From NCBI GenBank assembly GCA_963668645.2, contig CAXXWC010000001.1, forward strand, positions 512,001 through 576,000: a stretch of 64,000 nt of DNA. Reading direction: 5' to 3'. This document shows positions 1 to 9,733 of the stretch, in pieces. The notes beneath the pieces were generated by a model that had not been told where the DNA came from, searched no databases, and saw nothing but the letters and a program-made list of their open reading frames with translations. A program made the position numbers and the translations under genes. The DNA is from Desulfobacterales bacterium. Lineage in GTDB: Bacteria > Desulfobacterota > Desulfobacteria > Desulfobacterales > UBA2174. The first letter of the stretch is position 1. Every line of letters begins with the position of its first letter.

Positions 1-1061
1 CAGCGGGCCAGGGCCTCCAGGTTCAACGAAGCGCCGGCCATGGTGAAAAAAAGCAGAAAGATCGGCAGGGCCAGCCGATGCAGCCCCTCCATAAACCGCC
101 GCCCGGCTTCGGAATCCAGGGTCCGGACGCAGAATCCCGCGCTCATGCAGATCAATAGCGGCTCCAGGCTCAGATGGATTTGCATCGAGGCCTGCATCCA
201 GAGGTTCAAAGCGGCCGAAGCCTTGGCCACGGCAAAAGCCATGAAAACCAGGAAAAGCGGCAGGTCATGGCCCACCCGCCGGATATAGACCACGATCCCG
301 GCGCCCAGGACCAGCCCCCCGCCCAAAGAGACGGCCACCGCTGAGAGCATCGACAAGGCGGCCCACGGGTCGAAGGCCGTACCGTGCAACAAAGCCGCCA
401 CCGCACTGAGCGTCACGGTAAACAGCACGATGATCAGCACATCCATGGCCACCGTGACCCCCAGCACCGTCTCGGTAAAAGGACCGGCGGCGCGGCACTC
501 GTCGATGATGGCGATGGCCGAAGAGGGCGAGCGGGCCACCGAGATGCAGCCCAACAGCATGGCCAGGGCCAGCTGCGCTGCGCCGTCCATCTGCGCGATC
601 AACGCGAAGCGGGAAGCGGCCGCCATGACGAAACCACCCACCATGCCCAGCACGACCACCGTCAAGAGTGCGATGTTCCAGGCGATGGCCCGACGTCTCG
701 GGAGCAGGCGCGCCACGTCGAGGGCCCCTCCCGCCGTCAGGGCGATAAAACTCAGGGCCAGATCATCCACCAGACGCAGCCGCACCACCATGGCCGGATC
801 GAGAAATCCGCTGGCAAAGGGACCGGCCAGAATCCCGGCAAAGATATAGCCGCTGATCAACGGCAGGCGCACCAGGCGGCAGACCTGGCCGGAGAGGTAG
901 GCCGCCAGCATGACGAATCCCAGGGCGAACACGACCTGCCCGGTGCGCTGCCAGTCCCCTCTGATTTCAAGCCCGCAGGTCCACAAGGCCAACAAAATCA
1001 GGAGGCTGCCGCTCAGCAGGCAAACGACCAGTTCTCTTCTAGCGGGCGTCAACCATCGCAT
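1..1061 (-). CDS. Cation:proton antiporter (CPA2/Na_H_Exchanger-like), 3' end runs off the window
   Basis: Not in the ORF track. Manual translation from ATG 1061 gives MRWLTPARRELVVCLL...FALGFVMLAAYLSGQVCRLVRLPLISGYIFAGILAGPF, matching the LPxxxGYxxAGILxGP motif of CPA2 transporters; overlaps the stop of the upstream antiporter-like gene. Confidence 0.8.
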   Translation of the reverse strand, partial: MRWLTPARRELVVCLLSGSLLILLALWTCGLEIRGDWQRTGQVVFALGFVMLAAYLSGQVCRLVRLPLISGYIFAGILAGPFASGFLDPAMVVRLRLVDDLALSFIALTAGGALDVARLLPRRRAIAWNIALLTVVVLGMVGGFVMAAASRFALIAQMDGAAQLALAMLLGCISVARSPSSAIAIIDECRAAGPFTETVLGVTVAMDVLIIVLFTVTLSAVAALLHGTAFDPWAALSMLSAVAVSLGGGLVLGAGIVVYIRRVGHDLPLFLVFMAFAVAKASAALNLWMQASMQIHLSLEPLLICMSAGFCVRTLDSEAGRRFMEGLHRLALPIFLLFFTMAGASLNLEALAR

Positions 1062-2259
1062 CGGCTGTCTTTCTGCCCAGGGCCCGGGCCGCGATCCATG
1101 GGCTGACCAGGTCTGTGGCCAGCACCCCGAGAACACCCAGGTGTACCACGGGGGCCAGGGCAACCCCCCATTGGCTGAACTGAAGATCGTAAAACATCGC
1201 CATGGGAAGGGCTCCGGCCGGCGCCAACAATCGCCACAGGCGGCCCGGCTCCTTTGCGTCCCCACCGGGGGCAACCGGCCGCGCCGCCCACACCCCGGCC
1301 CACCTGCCGGCCAGGCGCAGCAGGCTCCAGGCCCCGGCGGCCCAAAAAAAGCACGCATCACCGGGCCACCACTCGATCCCGAGAAAAAGTAGCAAAAGCA
1401 GGTAGAACGGTTTTTCCAGGGTTTCAAGAAGGGCCCCGATACGGTCGCGCGCCCGAGACAGGTTCACCAGCCCGATTCCGATGGCGCAATTGACCAGCAG
1501 GGGGGAAAAATCAAGGATCATGGCAACGCCGCCGCCCAGTACGGTCAAGGCCAGCAACATGAGGGTCAGCTCGCGGCGGTTGGGGCGAAGGCTGAGAAGG
1601 AGCGAAAAAAGCAGCAGAAGGGCCGCGCTGGCAAGCACACTCAACCCGGCGCTGCGGCCGAAAAGTGTCCACGAGAAGCGGCCGGGGGTGCCGCAGGGGT
1701 GAAAACAATAGACCAGGCCGAAAACCAGCAGGGCTGCCAGGCTGTTGACGCCGGCCAGGACCCCGACCCGCCGCAAAACCGGATAGGCGGAACCACGCCG
1801 GGCGGCCAGCAGCGCCAGGGTCAGGGGAGAACTGCTCAAAGCGGCGGCCCCCAGGCAGAGGACCACCGGCCAACGCTGGGCATCACCCGGTGCCAGGAGC
1901 GGTAAGATCCACAGATCGGTGCCCAGGGCCACAACGGCGAAAGTGACGGCGGCCACGATCAGGGCCGTGAAGATCGTCCCGGGTTTCTGGCGTCCGAGCT
2001 GGCGAAAATCGAAGTGGAAACCGACCAGCATGCCGAGCCAGCCGAGCAAAAAGGCGCTCAGGGGGGCCAGCCCGCGCAGGGTGGCCGGATCCACGACCCC
2101 GAGCAGCCGCGGCCCCAGGACGACGCCGAGCAGCAAAAATTCGGTGCCGGTCAGCAGCGGGCGCCACGCCGCGATGGGCGTGGACAAGGCGCGGAAGCTC
2201 AGACGGTAGCCGGCAAAGGCCAGCGCCAAGATCAGCAGGAGTACGAAAAAGACATTCAT
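1039..2259 (-). CDS. Cation:proton antiporter-like multi-TM membrane protein
   Basis: 406 aa, highly hydrophobic; FLLLGVVLGPRLLG and GWLGMLVG resemble N-terminal CPA2 helices; ATGA overlap with the dynamin gene. Confidence 0.7.
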   Translation of the reverse strand: MNVFFVLLLILALAFAGYRLSFRALSTPIAAWRPLLTGTEFLLLGVVLGPRLLGVVDPATLRGLAPLSAFLLGWLGMLVGFHFDFRQLGRQKPGTIFTALIVAAVTFAVVALGTDLWILPLLAPGDAQRWPVVLCLGAAALSSSPLTLALLAARRGSAYPVLRRVGVLAGVNSLAALLVFGLVYCFHPCGTPGRFSWTLFGRSAGLSVLASAALLLLFSLLLSLRPNRRELTLMLLALTVLGGGVAMILDFSPLLVNCAIGIGLVNLSRARDRIGALLETLEKPFYLLLLLFLGIEWWPGDACFFWAAGAWSLLRLAGRWAGVWAARPVAPGGDAKEPGRLWRLLAPAGALPMAMFYDLQFSQWGVALAPVVHLGVLGVLATDLVSPWIAARALGRKTADAMVDAR

Positions 2260-3995
2260 GCCGAAGCGGCCGCGGCGCGATCCACGGCCGCCGTCAGGCG
2301 CTCGAATTCCTGCCCCAGCGTGGCGCCCTGTTGGTCCAGAGCATTGAGCGCTGCGTCACGCTCTGCCACGTAAGCGCTCAACGGATCGATCCGGCGGCGG
2401 ATCTGGGCGTAGCGTTTTTCCACCTCGTCCGCCATCCGTGCTTCAAGCTCCCCGGCCAAACGGGTGCGGTTCTCCTTGAGGCCCTTTTCCAGCTCCCGGC
2501 GCATCATGCCGCGGCGCGCCGCCAGGACCCCGCCGGTCAGGATCAACCCGACGCCGGTGAGAACGCCGCCGGTGACGTCCAGCAGCGGCATATGGGTCGT
2601 GGCCAGCATCAGGGCCCCCACCAGGGTCATGGCGCTGCCCCCCACCAGGGTCGAGCCGGCCCGCTCGGGAGTGGTGGCCAGCCGATCGGTGAACAGGGCC
2701 GCCGGTTTGAGGGCTTCGATGTTTTGCTGCAGTTCGGTAAACAGGGTTTCGCGGCGCTGCCAGAAATCGATGTCCGGTACCTCGGGGCGGTCTGCCGGAT
2801 GGCGCACTGCGGCCAAAGAAGCGCTCAACTCCCGCACAAAGGTTTCGATATCTGCCAAAAGTTGGCCGCCATGGCGCTCGACCACTGCGCCGGCTTCCCG
2901 TTCCAGGCAGTGGTTGAACGCCTCTTGCAGGCCGTTCATCCACTCGTGCAGCCCTTTTCCGCGTCTTACCACCGCGCCCACCGAACGGCGAAAGAAGGTC
3001 GGCACCGAAAGTCCGGCCCAGAAATCGGCCAGCAATTTTTCGGCGCAAGCGTCGTAGCGGTCGAGCACCCTATGGACCATCAGCGCCACCTGCTCGGTGC
3101 TGCGGCGCAGCCCGTCCTCGGTACGGCCCGTGAGACTGGCGCTCAGACTGCGGTCCGCTTCGAGCTGGACCCGGGCCCCCTCCAGCGAAGTGGCGATCTT
3201 TTCAAAAAGCGATTCGCTGGTGTCCAGCGTGGCGCGCAGCTTGAGGTAAAAATGGCGCCCCCCGGTGACCGTGTCCCGGATGTAGCCGCGTACGGCCGCA
3301 AAACCGCTTTGCGGCTGGCCGGCCAATTCCCTTGCCGCGGAGGTGGCAAAGATCTGCGGCTCTAAAATCCGGCGCTGCCGGGCGTATTCGGCGACCTTGG
3401 CCGTGTTGACCGCCAGTTCCTGTTCCGTGGCCAGGTCGGCCTGCTGGAGGACGAAAACCACCCGTTTGCGCCACTCGTCGCTCACGGTTTCGAGCAGTTC
3501 CCAGGCCGATCGGGTGTGGGGGTTTTTGGCCGGGAAGACGAAAATCACCAGGCCGCTGTTGGGAATGTAGCGCTGGGTGATCTCCTGGTGATGTTCGATG
3601 ATGGTGTTGGTGCCCGGGGTGTCGACGATGGCGATGTCTTTGAGGATTTCCACCGGCACGCCCACCCGCCTCAGGTGGGGACCGATCTCTGTGTCCAGCG
3701 CTTTTGCGGACCAGACCATCTCCTGGATCACGTCGGTGCAGGGGGCCGGATCGACCCGGCAGATCTCAGCCCCCAACAGGGCATTGACGAAGCTGCTCTT
3801 GCCGGCCTTGATTTCCCCGACAACGACGAAAAAAAACGGATCGAGAAGCGTGGTGCGCAGTTGGCCGATCACCGGCGGCAGGTCGCTGTTGCCGGCGTCC
3901 TGAGCCAGGGACTGAAGCCTTTCGAGCAGGTGGGCCAGCTCCGAACGCAGTTTGGCGAACCGCTCGTCTATGAGCCGCTTTTCTGAATTTTTCAT
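2256..3995 (-). CDS. Bacterial dynamin-like GTPase (BDLP/FZL-like)
   Basis: G1 GEIKAGKSS, G2 PCT, G3 DTPG, G4-like QQAD, long helical stalk and a hydrophobic paddle near the C-terminus; start may be 3995 or 4022. Confidence 0.85.
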   Translation of the reverse strand: MKNSEKRLIDERFAKLRSELAHLLERLQSLAQDAGNSDLPPVIGQLRTTLLDPFFFVVVGEIKAGKSSFVNALLGAEICRVDPAPCTDVIQEMVWSAKALDTEIGPHLRRVGVPVEILKDIAIVDTPGTNTIIEHHQEITQRYIPNSGLVIFVFPAKNPHTRSAWELLETVSDEWRKRVVFVLQQADLATEQELAVNTAKVAEYARQRRILEPQIFATSAARELAGQPQSGFAAVRGYIRDTVTGGRHFYLKLRATLDTSESLFEKIATSLEGARVQLEADRSLSASLTGRTEDGLRRSTEQVALMVHRVLDRYDACAEKLLADFWAGLSVPTFFRRSVGAVVRRGKGLHEWMNGLQEAFNHCLEREAGAVVERHGGQLLADIETFVRELSASLAAVRHPADRPEVPDIDFWQRRETLFTELQQNIEALKPAALFTDRLATTPERAGSTLVGGSAMTLVGALMLATTHMPLLDVTGGVLTGVGLILTGGVLAARRGMMRRELEKGLKENRTRLAGELEARMADEVEKRYAQIRRRIDPLSAYVAERDAALNALDQQGATLGQEFERLTAAVDRAAAASA

Positions 3996-4040
3996 TTCAT
4001 CGCGCCCATCGAGAAACATCAAAGCCCGCAGCGGACTTTT

Positions 4041-4886
4041 TCAGGTCTGAATGCGTGCCAGCAGGGCCTGGTAAAGGCGGCTTGCCAGAGGCCCGACGCA
4101 CCCGTCTCCGACCGGCTTGCCGTCGACGCGGGTGATGGGCAGCACCTCGGTAATCGTGCCGGTCAAAAAAACCTCGTCGGCCGCGGCCAGTTCGCTGCGG
4201 TCGTAAAAGCGCTCATCCACCGCGATCTTCTCGTCGCGGCAGATGTCCATCACCACCTGCCGGGTGATACCGGGCAGGATGCGCTCGTTGAGCGGGTGGG
4301 TGATCAGGCGTCCGTTCTTGGCGATAAAAAGGTTGGAGCTGGTCCCCTCGCGCACGATCCCCTCCGGCGAAACAAAGATGGCGTCGAAGACCCCGGCCTC
4401 CAGGGCCTGCTGCTTGGCCATGCAGTTGGGCAGCAGCTGCACGGTCTTGATGTCGCAGCGGCCCCAGCGGATGTCGGTCACGGTGATGGCCGAGGCGCCC
4501 TTCCGGCGCATCTCCGGCGGCTTTTCGTGCACCGGCCGGATGGTCATGAAAAACTGCAAGGGGGTGCCGGCGGCCGGATATGCGTGGTCCCGGGGGGCCA
4601 CGCCGCGTGAAATCTGGATATAGATACCTGCCCGGGCAATGCCGGCGCCATCGAAAAGCTCCAGAATCGCTCCCCTCAATGTCTCCCGGTCCAGGGGGGC
4701 GAAGGCCAGCTCGCGCAATGAGCGCTCAAGCCGGTCGAGATGTTCCTCCAGACAAAAGAGCCGGCCGTTGTAGCTGGCTACGAATTCGTAGACCGCATCG
4801 CCGAAGTTGTAGCCCCGGTCCTCGGCGGGAACCATCGCCTCGCCGATGGGCATGATCTTGCCGTTCAGATAGGCCAGTTCTGGCAT
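4041..4886 (-). CDS. dat: D-amino-acid transaminase (PLP fold IV)
   Basis: EDRGYNFGDAVYE, RWGRCDIKTVQLLPN, EGTSSNLF, ILPGITR. Confidence 0.85.
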   Translation of the reverse strand: MPELAYLNGKIMPIGEAMVPAEDRGYNFGDAVYEFVASYNGRLFCLEEHLDRLERSLRELAFAPLDRETLRGAILELFDGAGIARAGIYIQISRGVAPRDHAYPAAGTPLQFFMTIRPVHEKPPEMRRKGASAITVTDIRWGRCDIKTVQLLPNCMAKQQALEAGVFDAIFVSPEGIVREGTSSNLFIAKNGRLITHPLNERILPGITRQVVMDICRDEKIAVDERFYDRSELAAADEVFLTGTITEVLPITRVDGKPVGDGCVGPLASRLYQALLARIQT

Positions 4887-4999
4887 CTCTTATCTCCTTG
4901 TTCGGTGGGTGATTTAGAATATGCGGGATGAAATGATTCATCCATCTGGTGATCATTCAACAGCTTATGGCAGTTGCGATCCGTGTTGCGCCCTCCGGC

Positions 5000-6685
5000 T
5001 CAATCCCGGGTCAACTGCCGGTACTTGATGCGATGGGGCCGATCGGCGGCATCGCCCAGCCGCCGGCGCCGGTCGGCCTCGTAGTCCGAGTAGTTGCCCT
5101 CGAACCAGACCACCCGGCTTTCGCCCTCGAAAGCCAGCATATGGGTGGCGATGCGGTCCAGAAACCAGCGGTCGTGGCTGATGACCACGGCGCAGCCGGC
5201 AAAGTTTTCCAGAGCTTCTTCCAGGGCCCGCATGGTGTTGACGTCCAGGTCGTTGGTCGGCTCGTCCAGCAGGATCACGTTGGCTCCGGCCTTGAGAACC
5301 CGGGCCAGGTGAACCCGGTTGCGCTCCCCACCCGAGATCATCGCCACCTTCTTTTGCTGATCGCCGCCCGAGAAGTTGAAGCGCGCCACGTAGGCCCGCG
5401 ATTTGACCGCCACCCCGCCCAGGTCGAGCAGGTCCTGCCCCTCGGAAATGACTTCCCAGATCGTCTTTTGCGCATCGAGGGCCTCGCGCGACTGGTCCAC
5501 GTAGGCCAGGGCCACCGTATCGCCCAGGCGCAGCGTGCCTTGATCGGGCTTTTCCTGGCCGGTGATCATGCGAAAAAGGGTCGTCTTGCCGGCCCCGTTG
5601 GGACCGATGACCCCCACGATCCCGCCGGGCGGCAGCCGGAAACTCAGGTTCTCGAACAGCAGCCGGTTCTCGTACCCTTTGGCCAGTCCCTGGGCCTCGA
5701 TGACCACGTTGCCCAGACGCGGCCCGGGCGGAATATAGATCTCCAAGTCCCGGGGGCCCACCTCGCCCTGCTGGCTCAGCAGCCGCTCGTAGGCGCTGAT
5801 GCGGGCCTTGGATTTGGCCTGGCGGGCCTTGGGGGCCATGCGGATCCACTCCAGTTCGCGCTCCAGGGTTTTCTGGCGCTGGCCCTCGGCCTTCTCCTCG
5901 CGCCTGAGCCGCTCCTGCTTCTGCTCCAGCCAGGAAGAGTAGTTGCCTTTCCAGGGGATTCCACGCCCACGGTCCAGTTCGAGGATCCAGCCGGCCACGT
6001 TGTCAAGAAAGTAGCGGTCGTGGGTCACGGCGATTACCGTGCCGGCATACTGCTGCAGATGGTGCTCCAGCCAGGCCACGGTCTCGGCGTCCAGGTGGTT
6101 GGTCGGTTCGTCAAGGAGCAGGATCTCCGGTTTTTGCAACAACAGCCGGCACAGGGCTACCCGGCGCCGTTCGCCGCCTGAAAGAACCCCCACGGGGGTA
6201 TCGCCCTCCGGGCAGCGCAGCGCGTCCATGGCCATTTCCAGCCGGGCATCCAGGTCCCAGGCGTCCAGCGCATCGAGGCGCTCCTGGACCTCGCCCTGGC
6301 GCTCTATAAGCCGGTTCATGGCCTCGTCGTCCATCGGCTCGGCGAATTGTTCATTGATGCGGTTGAATTCCTCCATCAGCGCCGCCACCTCGGCCACCCC
6401 TTCGCGCACGATCTCGCGCACCGTAAGGGCCGGGTCCAGATCCGGCTCCTGGGGCAGAAATCCGACACTGTAGCCCGGAGAAAAAATCAACTCACCGTTG
6501 AAATCGCGGTCCGCTCCGGCCATGATCCGCAACAGCGAACTCTTGCCGGCCCCGTTGAGTCCCAGGACCCCGATCTTGGCCCCGTAAAAGTAGGACAGGG
6601 AAATGTCTTCGAGCACCGGCCGTTTCTGGTAGTATTTGCTCACCCGCACCATCGAGCAGATGATCTTGTTCGGCTCCTGAGCCAT
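5000..6685 (-). CDS. ettA: Energy-dependent translational throttle ABC-F protein EttA
   Basis: ISLSYFYGAKIGVLGLNGAGKS, two ABC cassettes, RELEWIR linker, PHRIKY C-terminus; start at MAQEPNK after an AGGAGG SD rather than the track start 6964. Confidence 0.95.
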   Translation of the reverse strand: MAQEPNKIICSMVRVSKYYQKRPVLEDISLSYFYGAKIGVLGLNGAGKSSLLRIMAGADRDFNGELIFSPGYSVGFLPQEPDLDPALTVREIVREGVAEVAALMEEFNRINEQFAEPMDDEAMNRLIERQGEVQERLDALDAWDLDARLEMAMDALRCPEGDTPVGVLSGGERRRVALCRLLLQKPEILLLDEPTNHLDAETVAWLEHHLQQYAGTVIAVTHDRYFLDNVAGWILELDRGRGIPWKGNYSSWLEQKQERLRREEKAEGQRQKTLERELEWIRMAPKARQAKSKARISAYERLLSQQGEVGPRDLEIYIPPGPRLGNVVIEAQGLAKGYENRLLFENLSFRLPPGGIVGVIGPNGAGKTTLFRMITGQEKPDQGTLRLGDTVALAYVDQSREALDAQKTIWEVISEGQDLLDLGGVAVKSRAYVARFNFSGGDQQKKVAMISGGERNRVHLARVLKAGANVILLDEPTNDLDVNTMRALEEALENFAGCAVVISHDRWFLDRIATHMLAFEGESRVVWFEGNYSDYEADRRRRLGDAADRPHRIKYRQLTRD

Positions 6686-6770
6686 AGCGGTGTTCCTCCT
6701 AATTGATATGCAGCATAGGTTACGGCCGCGGAAGACGACCCATCGCCCATCGAGGCTGCAACGGGTGATG

Positions 6771-6799
6771 ATCATACGGAATGCCGGCTGCGGGGTCAA
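6771..6799 (-). promoter_or_regulatory. Putative sigma70 promoter of ettA
   Basis: TTGACC-17 nt-TATGAT on the minus strand, about 85 nt before the start codon. Confidence 0.6.
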
Positions 6800-6979
6800 C
6801 TGGCGTGAGCAATTCCCGGTTAACCCGCGGGGGTTATCCCCGGATCGCCGTTGCTCGCCCAAAGCCTCGTCTTTATCCGGCCATCTGGCCGAATTCGAAG
6901 TCCAACCCTTCCTTCCATCCCCTGGCAGGGCCAACAGATCTCTGATCCACCAAGAATTGCCCACCTGGCGTAAGGCGCT

Positions 6980-7008
6980 TTGACATCATCCGCGCGATGC
7001 GCTACTTT
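6980..7008 (+). promoter_or_regulatory. Putative sigma70 promoter of the cold-shock gene
   Basis: TTGACA-17 nt-TACTTT. Confidence 0.6.
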
Positions 7009-7229
7009 GTCCAGACGGTACATGGACGGTCTTCCCGCTGCGGCTTGCGGTTTTCAGCTTGCGCTTCACTTTACGGAAACCGGCTTGGGAGCCGGTTGAA
7101 TTTCGGCCTTCCCGCCACCGACGCCGATTTCATTCACCTTTCACTCTTTTAGCCGGGCGGCGGCAGCCAGCCGGCAGCGGACCGATTTTTCGATTTCAGC
7201 GTCTACCTCATGAAAGGAGATACATCCTA

Positions 7230-7430
7230 ATGCCCGAAGGACGCGTAAAATGGTATGACGACAAGAAAGGCTACGGATTCATCGAGACCGAGAGCCAAGG
7301 GGACATTTTCTTTCACAAGAACGGCATCAAGGATCACGGCTACTTCGGCGTCCAGAAGGATGAACCGGTGAGCTTCGAAATCCGCACCACCCCCAAAGGA
7401 CTGCAGGCCGTCGATGTGTGCATGAAATAA
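7230..7430 (+). CDS. Cold-shock domain protein
   Basis: MPEGRVKWYDDKKGYGFI (RNP1), DIFFH (RNP2), KGLQA; AAGGAG SD; 66 aa. Confidence 0.93.
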   Translation: MPEGRVKWYDDKKGYGFIETESQGDIFFHKNGIKDHGYFGVQKDEPVSFEIRTTPKGLQAVDVCMK

Positions 7431-7546
7431 CCGCCCGCCTCCCCGGCACCGGCCTTGGCCCGCGGCCGGTCTCCGGCCGAGTGAGCCCCTTCGACTTCCC
7501 GCAGCGATTCTCTCGGTTTTGGCTTCCTTCGTCACGCCGACCGTCA

Positions 7547-7586
7547 AATAAAAAGCCCGATGCGTCTCTCGAGGCGCACCGGGCTG
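7547..7586 (-). terminator. Intrinsic terminator after the PPIase gene
   Basis: Minus strand AGCCCGGTGCGCCTC-GA-GAGACGCATCGGGCT followed by TTTTATT. Confidence 0.65.
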
Positions 7587-7629
7587 CAAGTCTCGGCCAA
7601 ATGGGAAGTATCCCCGTTGCTGAAACGGA

Positions 7630-8646
7630 TCAGAGAAACTTCTCGATCTTGGCCTTTTTGCGCAGGTTTTCCACGTATCCTTTTACCTGCTCGCTGATCT
7701 GCTGCTGCTTGAGGTGTTCGAGAATTCTCGGCTTGGCGTCCTCGAAACTTAAGGTTTCGGCGGCCTTGTGCTCGGTCACCTGGATCAGGTGATAGCCGTA
7801 TTCGGTCTCCACCACCTCGCTGATCTGGCCGGACGCCAGGGCAAAGGCGGCCTCTTCGAAGGGCTTGACCATGCGGCCGCGGCCGAAAAGACCAAGATCC
7901 CCGCCCTGTTCTTTACTCCCCGGATCTTCGCTATGGGCTTTGGCCAGAGCGGCGAAATCGCCTCCGCCCAGGACTTGCTGGCGGATATCGGCCAGGCGCT
8001 TTCGGGCCGCATCGCGCACAGCCGCTTCGGCATCCTTGTCCGCACGCACCAGGATGTGCCGCGCCCGCACCTGTTCGGGGCGCAGGAATGCGTCCTGATG
8101 GGCTTCGTAGAACGCACTCGCCTCGGCATCGGTCACCTTGACCTGCGGGATGATGCGGGCCTCGATGAGCCCCTCGATGGCCCCCTGGCGCCGCATGCGT
8201 TCGACAAGTTGGTCAAGCGATATCCCAGCGGTCCCCAGCGCCCGGTTAAAGGCCTGCGGATCCTTGAAGTTTTGACGCATGGCGGCTAACTCTTGCTGGA
8301 TCGCCGCCTCATCCACCGCAACACCCTGCTTGCGGCTGTCCTGGTAGAGCAGCTCCTCTCCGATAAGGTGATCGAGGACATCGGCGCGCATCTGGCCCAG
8401 GGCCTCATCGGGCGCCCTCTGTCCCTGGCGCGCCATATGACGCTGAATTCCGGCCACGGCCGCTTCGAGCTTGGCTTCATCTATGGTGGTGCCGTTAACG
8501 GTGGCGACGGTCTTGGGGGCATTGGGCGATTGATCCGCGGCGGGGGGCTTTTTGGCGGTTTCGGGGGTGGACTGGCTCCATGCCGGCGCGCTGTTTAAGA
8601 TCATCATCGCCAACGCCGACATTCCAAGAACACGTAAGACGCGCAT
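7630..8646 (-). CDS. Exported SurA/PrsA-like parvulin (PpiC) peptidyl-prolyl isomerase
   Basis: Signal peptide, SurA_N-like region, [35 protein letters not shown]. Confidence 0.93.
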   Translation of the reverse strand: MRVLRVLGMSALAMMILNSAPAWSQSTPETAKKPPAADQSPNAPKTVATVNGTTIDEAKLEAAVAGIQRHMARQGQRAPDEALGQMRADVLDHLIGEELLYQDSRKQGVAVDEAAIQQELAAMRQNFKDPQAFNRALGTAGISLDQLVERMRRQGAIEGLIEARIIPQVKVTDAEASAFYEAHQDAFLRPEQVRARHILVRADKDAEAAVRDAARKRLADIRQQVLGGGDFAALAKAHSEDPGSKEQGGDLGLFGRGRMVKPFEEAAFALASGQISEVVETEYGYHLIQVTEHKAAETLSFEDAKPRILEHLKQQQISEQVKGYVENLRKKAKIEKFL

Positions 8647-8816
8647 ATCGATTCTCCTATTTATGTAACAAGGCCCGCCTTGAGCAGGCGGGCCGCTTCA
8701 AAACGCCATTGATGGTTTCGGGCCAGAGCCTAATTTAGAATGGCAACGACATGCAATAGAAATTGTCCCCCACTTTACCAAAGTGGCTCACGATGTTAGG
8801 ATACGAAGTATTTGCT

Positions 8817-9698
8817 ATGATTATTACCATCGGTGAAACCCTTTTCGACGAATTCCCCGAACGGCACCGCCCAGGTGGTGCACCGTTCAATTTTGCCTGT
8901 CATATAAAACGTTTCGGACTCGACACAACCCTGATCAGCCGTGTGGGAGACGATGGTGCAGGCCGGGAAATTCTGACACGCATGGCCGGCATCGGCCTTG
9001 ACACCGGAAGCGTTCAAATCGATCCGGTCCATCCCACCGGAAGGGTCCGGGTCACGTTGGACGCTTCAGGCCAGGCGCATTTCGAGATCCTGCCGGACAT
9101 GGCCTACGACCATATCGCCATGGACGATCCGGTTCAGCGACTCATGGAGGCCGATGTGCATCTGATTTACTACGGCACCCTAGCCCAGCGCACCGCAGCG
9201 GCCCGCCGCCGCATCCAGGATCTGCTGCAATGCCGGCCGGCCCGGACCGCTTCTTTTTGCGACATCAATCTGCGTCCGGGCCAGTATACCCCTGCCGTGG
9301 TGCAATCCTGCCTGGAACAAGCCGACATCCTCAAGCTCAGCGATGAGGAGCTGGCCGTGGCGGCCGCTATCTTCGATCTTGCCGGCCCCCTGCAGGGGCA
9401 AGTGGAAACATTGATGGCGCGTTTCCGGATCGAGACGGTGGCGGTCACCTGCGGTCAGCAAGGAGCGGCCATCTATCGGGGCGGCCAATGCCACCGCTGC
9501 CGGTCCCGGATCCCCGGCCGCCTGCAAGACACGGTGGGAGCCGGGGACGCGTTCAGCGCCGTGCTGGCCGCCGGGATCCGGCTCGGCTGGCCGACCGCGC
9601 GAATTCTCGACCGCGCCATCCTGTTCGCCGGGCGCATCTGTACCGTGAACGGAGCGGTCCCCGACGAGTTGAGCCTCTACCGGGGGATCGTCCGGTAA
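8817..9698 (+). CDS. PfkB-family carbohydrate kinase, probably fructokinase
   Basis: IGETLFD, PGGAPFN, DINLR, DTVGAGDAF; first gene of the sucrose cluster. Confidence 0.9.
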   Translation: MIITIGETLFDEFPERHRPGGAPFNFACHIKRFGLDTTLISRVGDDGAGREILTRMAGIGLDTGSVQIDPVHPTGRVRVTLDASGQAHFEILPDMAYDHIAMDDPVQRLMEADVHLIYYGTLAQRTAAARRRIQDLLQCRPARTASFCDINLRPGQYTPAVVQSCLEQADILKLSDEELAVAAAIFDLAGPLQGQVETLMARFRIETVAVTCGQQGAAIYRGGQCHRCRSRIPGRLQDTVGAGDAFSAVLAAGIRLGWPTARILDRAILFAGRICTVNGAVPDELSLYRGIVR

Positions 9699-9733
9699 AA
9701 CTGATCGATCAACCGATTTTCGAAAGGAACTTG

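Noticed and set aside
8741..8756. TGGCAACGACATGCA as a sigma54 promoter for the sucrose operon
   Set aside because: GG-to-GC spacing is 9 nt, not the required 10
9488..9733. N-terminal extension of SPS in the ORF track (819 aa)
   Set aside because: Overlaps the kinase gene and reads as low-complexity shadow; an AAGGA SD supports ATG 9734
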